From assembly GCA_041482235.1 (NCBI GenBank), contig JBGPDK010000003.1, forward strand, positions 1-58,837: 58,837 nt of DNA. The letters run 5' to 3'. The stretch is from Thermoanaerobaculia bacterium (GTDB taxonomy: Bacteria > Acidobacteriota > Thermoanaerobaculia > UBA5066). Shown here in pieces: positions 1 to 8,923 of the stretch. The notes beneath the pieces are model-generated. The model was not told the origin of the DNA. It saw only the letters and a program-made list of their open reading frames with translations, and searched no databases. The first letter of the stretch is position 1. Every line of letters begins with the position of its first letter. Made by a program: the position numbers and the translations under genes.

Positions 1-508
1 GGCCGTCCGCATGGCGCGGCGACGCCACGTATTGGATTCCGAACCGCCCGAGGTCCCAGCCGATCGTCCCGAGGACGTTGACGTCGGCGCTGCAGGCGTT
101 GCAGTCGCCCGCGCTCACGACGCGCAGTTTCAGCGACCGCCCGAAGAGGCTCCGGAGCTTCTCGTCAAGCGCTTCCGCGAGGGGAAGCGGCTCCCCCCGG
201 AGCACGAGGTCCTCCCGCCGGCGTGTCGCGAGCCGGTAGTCCCGCGTGAATGCGATCGCCCCCTCCGGGCAGGCGGTGACGCACTCGACGCAGAAGAGAC
301 ACCGGCCGAGGTCGAGAGCCAACGAGCCGTCCCCGGGGATGGCGTCGGTCGGACAGACGTCGGCGCACGACCGGCACCCGTCCGGGCACTTCGAGGGGTC
401 GAGGGCGGGCAGCCCGCGAAACCGCTCCGGCATCGGCGGCGGGTCACCCGCCGGGTACGCCGTCGTGCGGTGCCCCTGGTGCGCGCGCGCGAGGAACGCT
501 TTCAGCAT
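1..508 (-). CDS. Ehr/group-4 hydrogenase-related small subunit: 2x[4Fe-4S] ferredoxin (NuoI/HyfH-like) fused to a NuoB/HyfI-like domain; 3' end runs off the window
   Basis: Not in the ORF track. Hand translation from ATG 508 gives MLKAFLAR...CPDGCRSCADVCP...CLFCVECVTACP...SAGDCNACSADVNVLG...ASPRHADG. Starts 10 nt after the large-subunit stop. Confidence 0.88.
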   Translation of the reverse strand, partial: MLKAFLARAHQGHRTTAYPAGDPPPMPERFRGLPALDPSKCPDGCRSCADVCPTDAIPGDGSLALDLGRCLFCVECVTACPEGAIAFTRDYRLATRRREDLVLRGEPLPLAEALDEKLRSLFGRSLKLRVVSAGDCNACSADVNVLGTIGWDLGRFGIQYVASPRHADG

Positions 509-518
509 GAGTTCTCTC

Positions 519-2057
519 TCACAGGTCGTGGCCGCAATAGGACAGGTTGAAGCTCTTGTTGCAGAGAGGAAAGTCGGAGATCTGGCCGTCGCGGAGGGCG
601 AGCGCGAGAGCGAACCAGTTGTGGAAGGACGGATCGATGATCTTGTACCGGGAAAAGCGTCCCGCCGCGTCCGTCATCGCGACGTGGCAGATCTCCCCGC
701 GCCAACCTTCGGTCAGCGAGACGACGAGCGAGTCCGGCCTCAGCGCCCCGGCCACGGCGCGCGTCCCGCTCGCCGGCAGCCCGTCGAGCTGGCTCAGGAT
801 GAACGAGATCGACTGCTGGATCTCGAGCCAGCGGACGTACGCGCGGGAGTTGACGTCGCCGTGATGCGCGGTCACGACGGGAAGGTGGACGAAGCGGTAG
901 ATGCCCGCGGGGAAGTCGTGCCTCACGTCCCGCTGAATCCCGCACGCTCGCGCCGTGGGGCCGACGAGCCCGAGGGCCTCCGCGTCATCGGGGCTGACGA
1001 TGCCGGTGCCCTCGAACCGCTCCCTCACGCTCGGCGTCTCCCAGAGCAGCTCGACCGCTTCCGTCACATCGGTCCGCGCGACGGTGAGGCGCGATCTCAG
1101 ATCGCGGACCTGGGTGGGCGAGAGATCGAATCCGACGCCGCCGGGCCGGATGAGCCCGCGCCCGAAGCGCGAGCCGCAAAGCTCCGCCGTCATGTTCAGG
1201 AAGTCTCCGCGCAGCCGCCCGCAGTAGGACGCCGTCGGGAGATAGGCGATGTCGCCGGCGAGCGCTCCGAGGTCGCCGACGTGGTTCGCAAGGCGCTCGA
1301 GCTCCAGCGCGATGCCGCGGACGGCGTGGGCGTGCGCGGAGACCACGGCGCCGGAGAGGGCCTCGACCGCCTGGCCGTATGCCATTGCATGGCCGATCGT
1401 CGTATCGCCCGCGGCGGTCTCCACGTAGGGCAGCGTCCGCTTCGTCGGCCCTCCCATGAGAGCCCGCTCGATGCCGCGATGCTGGTAGCCGAGCGCGATC
1501 TCGAGGTGAAAGACCTGCTCGCCGTGGCACTGGAACCGGAAATGCCCGGGCTCGATCACGCCGGCGTGGACCGGGCCGACCGCGACCTCGTGGACCTCGT
1601 CCCCTTCGACCCTGAAGAAATCCGTCCCCCCGGGCGGAATCGCCGCGTCCTTCGATCGGCCCCAGGCGTCGTGGCCCTCCCGATACGAGTGATGAAACCG
1701 GACCGGCTTCAACCACGGATGGCCCTCGAACCCCACGCCGTACTGCTCGGCGATCTCGCGCTCGAAGAGCTGCGCCTGTGGGACCTCGGGAGCGACCGAC
1801 TCGAACATCGTTCCGTCGGAGATCGTGCGCGCGACGTGAAGCCGCCCGTTCGCGTCGTCCGCGAGCACCGCCGTGAGCGGGACGCCTTCGACCCTTTCAT
1901 CGGTCGAGCCGAAGTAGGCCGCGAGGCGCTGTCCCTTGTCGCGGACGCCATGGACGAGCCACTCGCGGAATCCTGAAGCTGGAAACCACGGCACATCCCG
2001 GAGTGAGAGGGCGCGAGAGTTCCGCGCCGTGGCCGCAATCCCTGCCGTCCCCGTCAC
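519..2057 (-). CDS. Ehr large subunit (NuoCD/HyfG-like fusion) lacking NiFe-binding motifs
   Basis: NuoC-like FEREIAEQYG..F.GHPW; GPVHAGVIEPGHFRF, GYQHRGIE, ELERLANH, EGWRGE, DPSFHNW. The ligand positions read ETAAGDTTIGH and DFPLCNKSFNLSYCGHDL. Start moved to GTG 2057, which forms a GTGA overlap with the upstream stop. Confidence 0.88.
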   Translation of the reverse strand: MTGTAGIAATARNSRALSLRDVPWFPASGFREWLVHGVRDKGQRLAAYFGSTDERVEGVPLTAVLADDANGRLHVARTISDGTMFESVAPEVPQAQLFEREIAEQYGVGFEGHPWLKPVRFHHSYREGHDAWGRSKDAAIPPGGTDFFRVEGDEVHEVAVGPVHAGVIEPGHFRFQCHGEQVFHLEIALGYQHRGIERALMGGPTKRTLPYVETAAGDTTIGHAMAYGQAVEALSGAVVSAHAHAVRGIALELERLANHVGDLGALAGDIAYLPTASYCGRLRGDFLNMTAELCGSRFGRGLIRPGGVGFDLSPTQVRDLRSRLTVARTDVTEAVELLWETPSVRERFEGTGIVSPDDAEALGLVGPTARACGIQRDVRHDFPAGIYRFVHLPVVTAHHGDVNSRAYVRWLEIQQSISFILSQLDGLPASGTRAVAGALRPDSLVVSLTEGWRGEICHVAMTDAAGRFSRYKIIDPSFHNWFALALALRDGQISDFPLCNKSFNLSYCGHDL

Positions 2058-3487
2058 GAGGCGCCCTCCAGTGCCTTCGCGGCCGCGAGGACCAGGTCGT
2101 AAACGTCGCCCGGGATCCACACGCCCATGATCACGACCATGGCGAGAGCGGCCAGCATCGGCGCGGTCTTCCAGAAGCTGTCGCGAAAGTCGGTCGTTCC
2201 GCCTGCCGGGGAGATCGGCCCCTGGACGACCGCGAGGACCGTCGAGCCCATGCCGATGAAGATGACGGCGAGGAAGACGAGGAAGAGGGCCGCCGTGACG
2301 AAGAGGCGCCCCGTCATGACGCCCGTGAGGATCGTGAATTCGCTGATGAACGGCCCGAACGGCGGCGAGCCCGTGATCGCGAGGAAGCCGGCGAGGAAGA
2401 GAGCGCCGGACAGCGGGACGCGGCGAAGCGCGCCGCTCACGCTGTCGATCGTCTTGCTCCCGTACGCGCGGTGGATATTTCCCGCGGAGAGGAAGAGGAC
2501 GACCTTCGTCAGGGAGTTGTTGATGACGTGCAGGAGCGCGCCGAGCACCGCGACGCCGCCGGCGCCGATGCCCAGGACCAGGATTCCCATGTGCTCGACG
2601 CTGGAGTACGCGAGCATCCGCTTGAAGTCGCGTTGCCCGACCATGAACGCCGCCGCGACCGCCATGGAGAGAAGCCCCAGAGCGAGAAAGAGCTCGCGCG
2701 CGAACGCCCCTTCTCCGGCCGCTTGCATCACCCGGTAGACCCTGAGGAGCGCGAGGAACGCGCAGTTCGTCATTCCGCCGGCGAGGAGCGCCCCGATGAT
2801 CCCCGGGGCCTCACCGTAGGCGTCGGGCTTCCAGGTATGCATCGGCGCGAGCCCCATCTTCGTCCCGTAGCCGACGAGGAGGAGGACGAAACCCGCCCTG
2901 AGCCATGGCCTGGACAGCCCGTCCGCGTGCTCCAGCAGGGCCCCGAAGAGGAGGCTCTCGTCCCCGGAGGCGCCGTGGAGCGCGGCGTACGCCACGAAGA
3001 GCGAGCCGAGGAGCGCGAGCGCGATCCCGACCGACCCGATCATGAGGTACTTCCACGCCGCCTCGAGCGAGCGGGCGTTCTGGTTGAAGTAGATGAGGAT
3101 GGCCGTCGAGAGCGTCGCCCCCTCGACGGCGACCCAGACGACCGCCAGGTGCTGCGCCACGCTGATCGCCGTCGTCATCGAAAGGAACGTGAGGAGGCAG
3201 ACGCAGAAGATGCGGTTCGTCCGTTCCTTCCGGATCCGCAGGTACTCGACGCCGTAGAGCGCGCAGAGCGTGAAGAGGACGGACACCACGTCGAGAATCA
3301 GATGTCCGAGCGCGTCGACGGCGAACCAGCCTCCGAGCGTCGCGTCGCCGGACCGCACGGTGAGCGAGCCGATCAGGTGAAGAACGGCCGCACCGGCGAC
3401 GATCAGGGGAGCCGCCCTCTCCGAGCGCGTCACGAACACCGCGAGAGCGGCGAGGAGCGGCAGGACGATGAGAGCGAGAAGCAGCAT
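2054..3487 (-). CDS. HyfF-like proton-translocating antiporter subunit (NuoL/M/N, MrpD family)
   Basis: Polytopic; EAAWKY, GYGTKMGLAPMHTWKPDAYGEAP, KRMLAYSSVEHMG, PPFGPFISE. Confidence 0.9.
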   Translation of the reverse strand: MLLLALIVLPLLAALAVFVTRSERAAPLIVAGAAVLHLIGSLTVRSGDATLGGWFAVDALGHLILDVVSVLFTLCALYGVEYLRIRKERTNRIFCVCLLTFLSMTTAISVAQHLAVVWVAVEGATLSTAILIYFNQNARSLEAAWKYLMIGSVGIALALLGSLFVAYAALHGASGDESLLFGALLEHADGLSRPWLRAGFVLLLVGYGTKMGLAPMHTWKPDAYGEAPGIIGALLAGGMTNCAFLALLRVYRVMQAAGEGAFARELFLALGLLSMAVAAAFMVGQRDFKRMLAYSSVEHMGILVLGIGAGGVAVLGALLHVINNSLTKVVLFLSAGNIHRAYGSKTIDSVSGALRRVPLSGALFLAGFLAITGSPPFGPFISEFTILTGVMTGRLFVTAALFLVFLAVIFIGMGSTVLAVVQGPISPAGGTTDFRDSFWKTAPMLAALAMVVIMGVWIPGDVYDLVLAAAKALEGAS

Positions 3488-3491
3488 CCCG

Positions 3492-4133
3492 TCAGTCCCT
3501 GAGCTCCGAGAGCCGCTCCGTGTCGAGCGAGCCGAACTCCCGCTGGATGTGGTTCATGACGATTCCCATGACGAAGATCCCGACGAGGAGGTCGAGGAGG
3601 ACGCCCACCTCCACGAGCGCCGGCATGGCCTCGTGGAGAAGCTGCGCGAAGACGAAGATCCCGTTCTCGAGGATCAGGTAGCCCGTGACCTGGGAGATGG
3701 CCTTGCGGCGGGTCGTCAGGAGGAGAAATCCGGCGAAGAGCGTCGCGAGCGCCACCGGTACCACGAGGAGGTCCCGGTGTGTCGGCAGGAGCGGAAGCCG
3801 GCTCGCAAAGAGCGTCGTGGCTCCCGTCCCGACGGCGCAGAGAAGAACGGAGGGAACGAGTCCCAAATAGGGCTCCACTTCGTGCTGGATGTGCACCTCG
3901 CGGAGGGCCCGATACAGCATGCCTGGAATCACGAAGGTCTTGACCACCCCCGCCACGATCACGAGGCCGAGGAGACGCAGGGACGGTGCCGGGGTGAAGA
4001 GCAGCGGGAACACGCTCACGAAAAGGCCCTGCAGGGCGGCGGCACGGATGCACGCCTTCAGGTTCGAGGTGCCGAGGGCGAGGAAGTTCATCGTGACGGC
4101 GAGGATCAGGGCGGTCGCAGCGGCTTCTCGCAT
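3492..4133 (-). CDS. HyfE-like membrane subunit
   Basis: 213 aa hydrophobic protein with GYLILENGIF and VEVGVLLDL; sits between the HyfC- and HyfF-like genes. Confidence 0.85.
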   Translation of the reverse strand: MREAAATALILAVTMNFLALGTSNLKACIRAAALQGLFVSVFPLLFTPAPSLRLLGLVIVAGVVKTFVIPGMLYRALREVHIQHEVEPYLGLVPSVLLCAVGTGATTLFASRLPLLPTHRDLLVVPVALATLFAGFLLLTTRRKAISQVTGYLILENGIFVFAQLLHEAMPALVEVGVLLDLLVGIFVMGIVMNHIQREFGSLDTERLSELRD

Positions 4134-4136
4134 CGC

Positions 4137-5042
4137 CTACCTGACGAGGAGAACCACGGCGAAGCCCGCGAGAAGCGTCGCGGTGACCAGGAGCTGGGGG
4201 ACACGAACGAGCCGGAGCCGCGCCATGCTCGACTCGACGAGCCCGACGACCACACCGACTCCGAGGAGGCCGCCCGCGAAGAGGGCGAGGTCGAAGGCGC
4301 CTCCTCCCGAGCGGGCCGGAATCAGGAGCGTCACGAGCAGCGCCGCGAACACGGTGAGCTTGAGGGCGACGCCGTAGAGGATGAAGGCGAGCGCCGGTCC
4401 GGCGTGATCGAGGACCATCGCCTCGTGGATCATCGTGAGCTCGAGATGGGTGTTCGGGTCGTCGAACGGCACACGCGCGTTCTCGGCGAGGAGGACGATG
4501 AACCAGCTCGCCAGGATGAGGACGATCGATGCGCTCGCCTTCTGCCAGGCTCCCGCGGCGCGGATGTCGAGCATGTGCGTCAGCGACAGGGAGCCCGACA
4601 GGCGCGTGAGCGCGAGCATTCCGAAGAGGAGTGCCGGCTCCGCGAGGGCCGCGAACGTCGTTTCGCGCGCCGCGCCCATCCCCTCGAAGGGCGAGCCCGT
4701 GTCCATGGCCGCCGCGGCGACGAAGAATCGCGCGAGCGCGAAGACGGAGACGAAGAGGAGCATGTCTCCCGTGAACGAGAGGGACGCGGGCCGGCCTCCG
4801 AGGGGCAACAGGAGCGCGGCGACGATCGGCGCCACGGCGGAAAGGACCGGCCCGGCGAGAAACACCCACGTCGTCGTGCGGCTGACGACGAACCCCTTGC
4901 GGAGGAGCTTCGCGAGGTCGTAATAGGCCTGAAGCACCGGCGGCCCCGCGCGCCCCGCCACGAAGGCCTTCGTCTTGCCGATCACGCCGGGGAGGAGCGG
5001 CGCGAACGCGAGCACGACGAGGAGGTTCGCGATCGAATTCAC
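4137..5042 (-). CDS. HyfC/HycD (NuoH-like) membrane subunit
   Basis: C-terminal part of ORF 4137..6890. GRAGPPVLQAYYDLAKLLRK, ENARVPFDDPNTHLELTMIHE. GTG 5042 overlaps the upstream stop (GTGA). Confidence 0.9.
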   Translation of the reverse strand: MNSIANLLVVLAFAPLLPGVIGKTKAFVAGRAGPPVLQAYYDLAKLLRKGFVVSRTTTWVFLAGPVLSAVAPIVAALLLPLGGRPASLSFTGDMLLFVSVFALARFFVAAAAMDTGSPFEGMGAARETTFAALAEPALLFGMLALTRLSGSLSLTHMLDIRAAGAWQKASASIVLILASWFIVLLAENARVPFDDPNTHLELTMIHEAMVLDHAGPALAFILYGVALKLTVFAALLVTLLIPARSGGGAFDLALFAGGLLGVGVVVGLVESSMARLRLVRVPQLLVTATLLAGFAVVLLVR

Positions 5043-7015
5043 CACGACCAGCTCCACGCGAGGAGAAGCACCAGCGTGACGACGATGTACAGGATGTAGG
5101 CCTGGATGCGGCCGGCCTGGATGACGTGCAGCAGGCCGAGGAGCGACTTCCCGCGCGAAAGACCCGGCAGCACGAAACGGTCGAGCGCCGGATCGGGCGT
5201 ATGAGTTTCGAAGCGCTGGCCCGCCGCGGGGAATGGGCCCTTCAGGCGCGGCCTGTGCTCGTCCGGCAGCACGGCCCAGCGAAACATCCCCACCAGCATC
5301 TCGGCGAACGACGAGGCCGTGTACTGAATCCGTGGGCCGCTCAAGGAGTATCCGCAGTCCCAGGTCGTCGTCAGCGCGGCCTTGCGCGTCAAGACCACGG
5401 CGACGATGCCGGCCGCCGTGATGACGCCGAGCAGGAAGAGCGGCATCCCGCCGAGGGCGCCGAGGTCGGCGTTCGCGATCGGTGAGGCGCGCGTACCGAG
5501 GAGGGCCTCCCCCGCGCGACGGCTGATGCCGGCCGCTCCCGTCGGCCAGAGACCTATCACGGCACAGGCCAGGGCGAGGGAACCCATCGAAAAACGCATC
5601 GATCGGCTCGCGTCGCCGGCGCCGTGCTTCCCGTCGGGACGCCGCGGCCTCCCGAGGAACACGGCGGAAAAAGCCTTTACGAAACACGCGACGGCCAGCG
5701 CTCCGATGAACGCGAGCGCCGGCGCGCCGGCGGCGGCGCCGAGCATCTCCACGCCTCCGCTCTCGTGCGTGAGCGCGCGGAAGCTCGCGAGAGCGATCAG
5801 CCACTCGCTCACGAAGCCGTTCAGGGGAGGCAGGCCGCAGATCGCAACGGCGCCGACCAGGAAGGCGGCTCCCGTGAAGCGCATGCGCCGGAAGAGGCCG
5901 CCGAGCGCGTCGATCTCCCTGGTCCCGGTGGCATGGATCACGGCCCCGGCCGAATAGAAGAGGAGCGACTTGAACGCGGCGTGGTTCCAGACGTGAAGCA
6001 GGCCGCCGGCGAACCCCAGCACGGCCCAGTCGAGCCGGTGCTGCGCCATCCCCAGGGCGCCGACGCCGAGCCCGATCAGGATGATGCCGATGTTCTCGAT
6101 GCTGTGGTACGCGAGGAGGCGCTTGAGGTCGTGCTGAGCGAGCGCCATGACGACGCCGAGCACGCCGGACGTGATCCCGAGGGCCACGAGAGCGAGGCCG
6201 AGCCACGTCGGATACGCCGGCAGCATCGAGAGCAGGCGAACGAGCCCGTAGATCCCCAGCTTCAGGACGATGCCCGACAGCAGGGCCGAGACGTGACCCG
6301 GGGCCGCCGCATGCGCGTCCGGGAGCCAGATGTGAAACGGGATCATTCCCGCCTTGAAGCCGAAGCCGGCGAGCGCGAGAAGGAGGATCGGCCGGAGCAG
6401 CGGGGATGCGCCCAGGGCGTCCGAGGGCGCGAGAAGCCACCCGCCGGTCGCGTCGCGGAGCAGCGCGAACATCGCGAACAGGACCAACGTGCCCGCGTGG
6501 GCCGACACGAGGTAGATCCAACCCGCGCGGAGCGCTCCGGCGTCGTCCTGGTCGGTCGTGACGAGGAAGAACGCCGCGAGGGAGACGATCTCCCAGCCGA
6601 CGAGGAAGGACCAGGCATCGCCGGCGACCAGCACGAGAGCGAGACCGGCCGTCGCGACGCCGTAGAAACAGCGGAGCTTGCGGCCGTTTTTCGGATGGTG
6701 CTCCTCCGCCCAGTAGCCCTCGCCGTAGATCGAGCCGAGGCCGGACACGACGAAGACCGGCACGAGGAAGAACGCCGAGAGGCGGTCCAGCGCGAAGGTC
6801 GCCGTGCCCGGAGGCCACGACCAGGTCAAACGAACGGTCACGGCGTCGCCGGCGAGCGCCAGGGCCGCCGCGGCGGCGCCCGCGGCGCATCCGAGCACGT
6901 GGAGCACGGTCGCGACCCGCTGCGCCGCCGCGCTGCCCGGCGGGAGCAGCAGGCCGGGGAGCCCGCTGAACCCGACGAGCAGCGCCGCGGCGGCCAGAAG
7001 GTCGAGCGCCGTCAT
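5039..7015 (-). CDS. HyfB-like proton-translocating antiporter subunit
   Basis: 658 aa polytopic; GFKAGMIPFHIWLPDAHAAAP, LKRLLAYHSIENIG, LPPLNGFVSEW, TWDCGY...QYT. Confidence 0.9.
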   Translation of the reverse strand: MTALDLLAAAALLVGFSGLPGLLLPPGSAAAQRVATVLHVLGCAAGAAAAALALAGDAVTVRLTWSWPPGTATFALDRLSAFFLVPVFVVSGLGSIYGEGYWAEEHHPKNGRKLRCFYGVATAGLALVLVAGDAWSFLVGWEIVSLAAFFLVTTDQDDAGALRAGWIYLVSAHAGTLVLFAMFALLRDATGGWLLAPSDALGASPLLRPILLLALAGFGFKAGMIPFHIWLPDAHAAAPGHVSALLSGIVLKLGIYGLVRLLSMLPAYPTWLGLALVALGITSGVLGVVMALAQHDLKRLLAYHSIENIGIILIGLGVGALGMAQHRLDWAVLGFAGGLLHVWNHAAFKSLLFYSAGAVIHATGTREIDALGGLFRRMRFTGAAFLVGAVAICGLPPLNGFVSEWLIALASFRALTHESGGVEMLGAAAGAPALAFIGALAVACFVKAFSAVFLGRPRRPDGKHGAGDASRSMRFSMGSLALACAVIGLWPTGAAGISRRAGEALLGTRASPIANADLGALGGMPLFLLGVITAAGIVAVVLTRKAALTTTWDCGYSLSGPRIQYTASSFAEMLVGMFRWAVLPDEHRPRLKGPFPAAGQRFETHTPDPALDRFVLPGLSRGKSLLGLLHVIQAGRIQAYILYIVVTLVLLLAWSWSW

Positions 7016-7683
7016 GGCGCGGCCTGCTCGATGCTCCGTGCGACGTCGATCAGGCGGGCGGCGGATTCGCGGCCTCGGATCGCGCCTCGGAACGCCGGGT
7101 TGCGAAGGAGATAGGCGACCTTGGCGAGCATCTGGAGATGGACGCGCGTCGTCGGGCTGACGAGGAAGAACAGCGCGAAGACCGGTTGACCGTCCGGCGC
7201 GCCGAAATCGACCGGCTGTCGAAGAAAGCAGAGGGTGAGGGACGGCTCGTCCAGGGAGAGGGCGATCGGATTCCTCACGTGGGGGATCGCGATCCCGTCG
7301 CCGACCGGCACGACCGCCGCGGCATCGCGGGCGAGGAGGAGATCGAGCAGGGTCTCCCGGTCTCCTTCGTCGTCGAGCTTGAGCAGGGCGATGATCGAGC
7401 GGAGGGCTTCCTCGCGGGTGCTGCCGCCGACCTCGTGGAAGACACCGCCACGTTCGAGGCTCTCGGCGATCGACGGGACGCGCTCGTCCTCCTCCTCACC
7501 GTGGAACAACCCGGGGTCTATGGAGAGCTTTCTCACCGTGGCCCACTCGAGGAGCTCGCTTCGGTTGATGCGGTACTGGTCGTTGATTCGATGCGCCGGC
7601 AGGTCGCGGGATTCGATCCACTCGTACACCTTCGCCTCGGGGGCGTTCAGGAGCGTCGCTGCTTCCCGGACCGTCACGCGCAT
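7012..7683 (-). CDS. Excisionase-type HTH fused to a PTS EIIA (Fru/Ntr-type) domain
   Basis: N-terminal TVREAATLL...VYEWI...LPAHRINDQYR; C-terminal GDGIAIPHVR (phospho-His motif) and VDFGAPDGQPV. ATGA overlap with the HyfB-like gene. Confidence 0.88.
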   Translation of the reverse strand: MRVTVREAATLLNAPEAKVYEWIESRDLPAHRINDQYRINRSELLEWATVRKLSIDPGLFHGEEEDERVPSIAESLERGGVFHEVGGSTREEALRSIIALLKLDDEGDRETLLDLLLARDAAAVVPVGDGIAIPHVRNPIALSLDEPSLTLCFLRQPVDFGAPDGQPVFALFFLVSPTTRVHLQMLAKVAYLLRNPAFRGAIRGRESAARLIDVARSIEQAAP

Positions 7684-7698
7684 GTCTGGAGCTTCCCG

Positions 7699-8877
7699 TC
7701 AATACCTCGGCACGGTCGGGTCGATCTCCACGGCCCAACGGTCGATGCCGCCCGTCAGGTTCCAGACTTTGCGAAAGCCCGCGGCCATCAGGAATTCCAC
7801 CGCCTTCGCGCTGCGAACTCCGGTGCGGCAGTGGACCACGATGGCGTCGGCCGTGGAGAGCTTGTTCACGTTCGCGGGAAGGGTTCCGAGCGGGATCTTG
7901 AGCGAGCCCGGAAGGTGTGAGATCGCGAACTCCTGCGGCTCGCGCACGTCCACCAGGACGAACGCGTCGCCCTTGTCCATCTTCGCCTTCAGGTCCTGCA
8001 CGGTGATCGCGGGTACGCCCATCTCTCGCTTCTCCTCTTCCTTCGCCCGAGGGATACCACAGAACTCCTCGTAATCGATGAGCCGCGTCACCGAGGGATT
8101 CGGGCCGCAGACCACGCAGTCGGGGTCCTTGCGCAGCCTGAGCTGGCGGAAGCTCATGCCGAGCGCGTCCACGAGGAGCAGCCGTCCGACGAGCGATTCG
8201 CCCGCTCCGAGGATGAGCTTGATCGTCTCCGTCGCCTGAATCACGCCGAGGAGGCCCGGCAGGATGCCGAGCACGCCGCCTTCGGCGCAGGACGGAACGA
8301 GCCCCGGCGGAGGCGGCTCCTGATACAGGCAGCGGTAGCACGGGCCCTTCGCCGCCCAGAAGACCGACGCCTGCCCCTCGAAGCGGTAGATCGAGGCGTA
8401 GACGTTCGGCTTCCCGAGGAGGACGCACGCGTCGTTCACGAGGTAGCGCGTCGGGAAGTTGTCGGTGCCGTCGGCGATCACGTCGTAGTCGCGGAAGAGG
8501 TCGAGCGCGTTGTCCGACGAGAGGCGCAGTTCGTGCGGGACGAACTTCACGTTCGGGTTGACGTCGCTCAGCCGTTCGGCCGCGGACTCGAGCTTCTTTC
8601 GCCCGACGTCCTTCGTGCCGTGCAGGATCTGCCGCTGCAGGTTCGAAGAGTCCACGACGTCGAAGTCCACGAGGCCGAGCGTGCCGACGCCCGCCGCCGC
8701 AAGGTAGAGCGCGAGGGGCGATCCGAGCCCGCCCGCTCCCACACACAGCACGCGCGCCGCCTTCAGCTTCTTCTGACCGTCGAGGCCGACCTCCGGCATG
8801 ATGAGGTGGCGCGCATAGCGCTGGACCTCCTCGCGGGTGAGGTCGCCGGCCGGCGGGGAGGTCGCGCTCGGGTTCAT
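7699..8877 (-). CDS. moeB: MoeB/MoeZ-type adenylyltransferase with a C-terminal rhodanese domain
   Basis: RYARH, GAGGLG, SNLQRQ, DGTDNF, CYRC, PSCAEGG, CVVC; rhodanese DVREP and HCRTGVRS. Start placed at ATG 8877 after a GGAG RBS. Confidence 0.93.
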   Translation of the reverse strand: MNPSATSPPAGDLTREEVQRYARHLIMPEVGLDGQKKLKAARVLCVGAGGLGSPLALYLAAAGVGTLGLVDFDVVDSSNLQRQILHGTKDVGRKKLESAAERLSDVNPNVKFVPHELRLSSDNALDLFRDYDVIADGTDNFPTRYLVNDACVLLGKPNVYASIYRFEGQASVFWAAKGPCYRCLYQEPPPPGLVPSCAEGGVLGILPGLLGVIQATETIKLILGAGESLVGRLLLVDALGMSFRQLRLRKDPDCVVCGPNPSVTRLIDYEEFCGIPRAKEEEKREMGVPAITVQDLKAKMDKGDAFVLVDVREPQEFAISHLPGSLKIPLGTLPANVNKLSTADAIVVHCRTGVRSAKAVEFLMAAGFRKVWNLTGGIDRWAVEIDPTVPRY

Positions 8878-8923
8878 GGGATCTCCTTCCAGAAAAAGTT
8901 CAGGCAGACCGGGGAGGGGTCCT

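Noticed and set aside
1-7015. Calling the cluster hydrogenase-4 / formate hydrogenlyase
   Set aside because: Both Ni-binding CxxC motifs are absent, and there are no maturation or fdh genes in view.
246-7114. Long plus-strand ORFs (246..1976, 2003..3502, 3468..5099, 5624..7114) and similar antisense ORFs across the window
   Set aside because: Shadow frames of well-supported opposite-strand genes in high-GC DNA; Arg/Pro/Gly-rich with no recognisable motifs.
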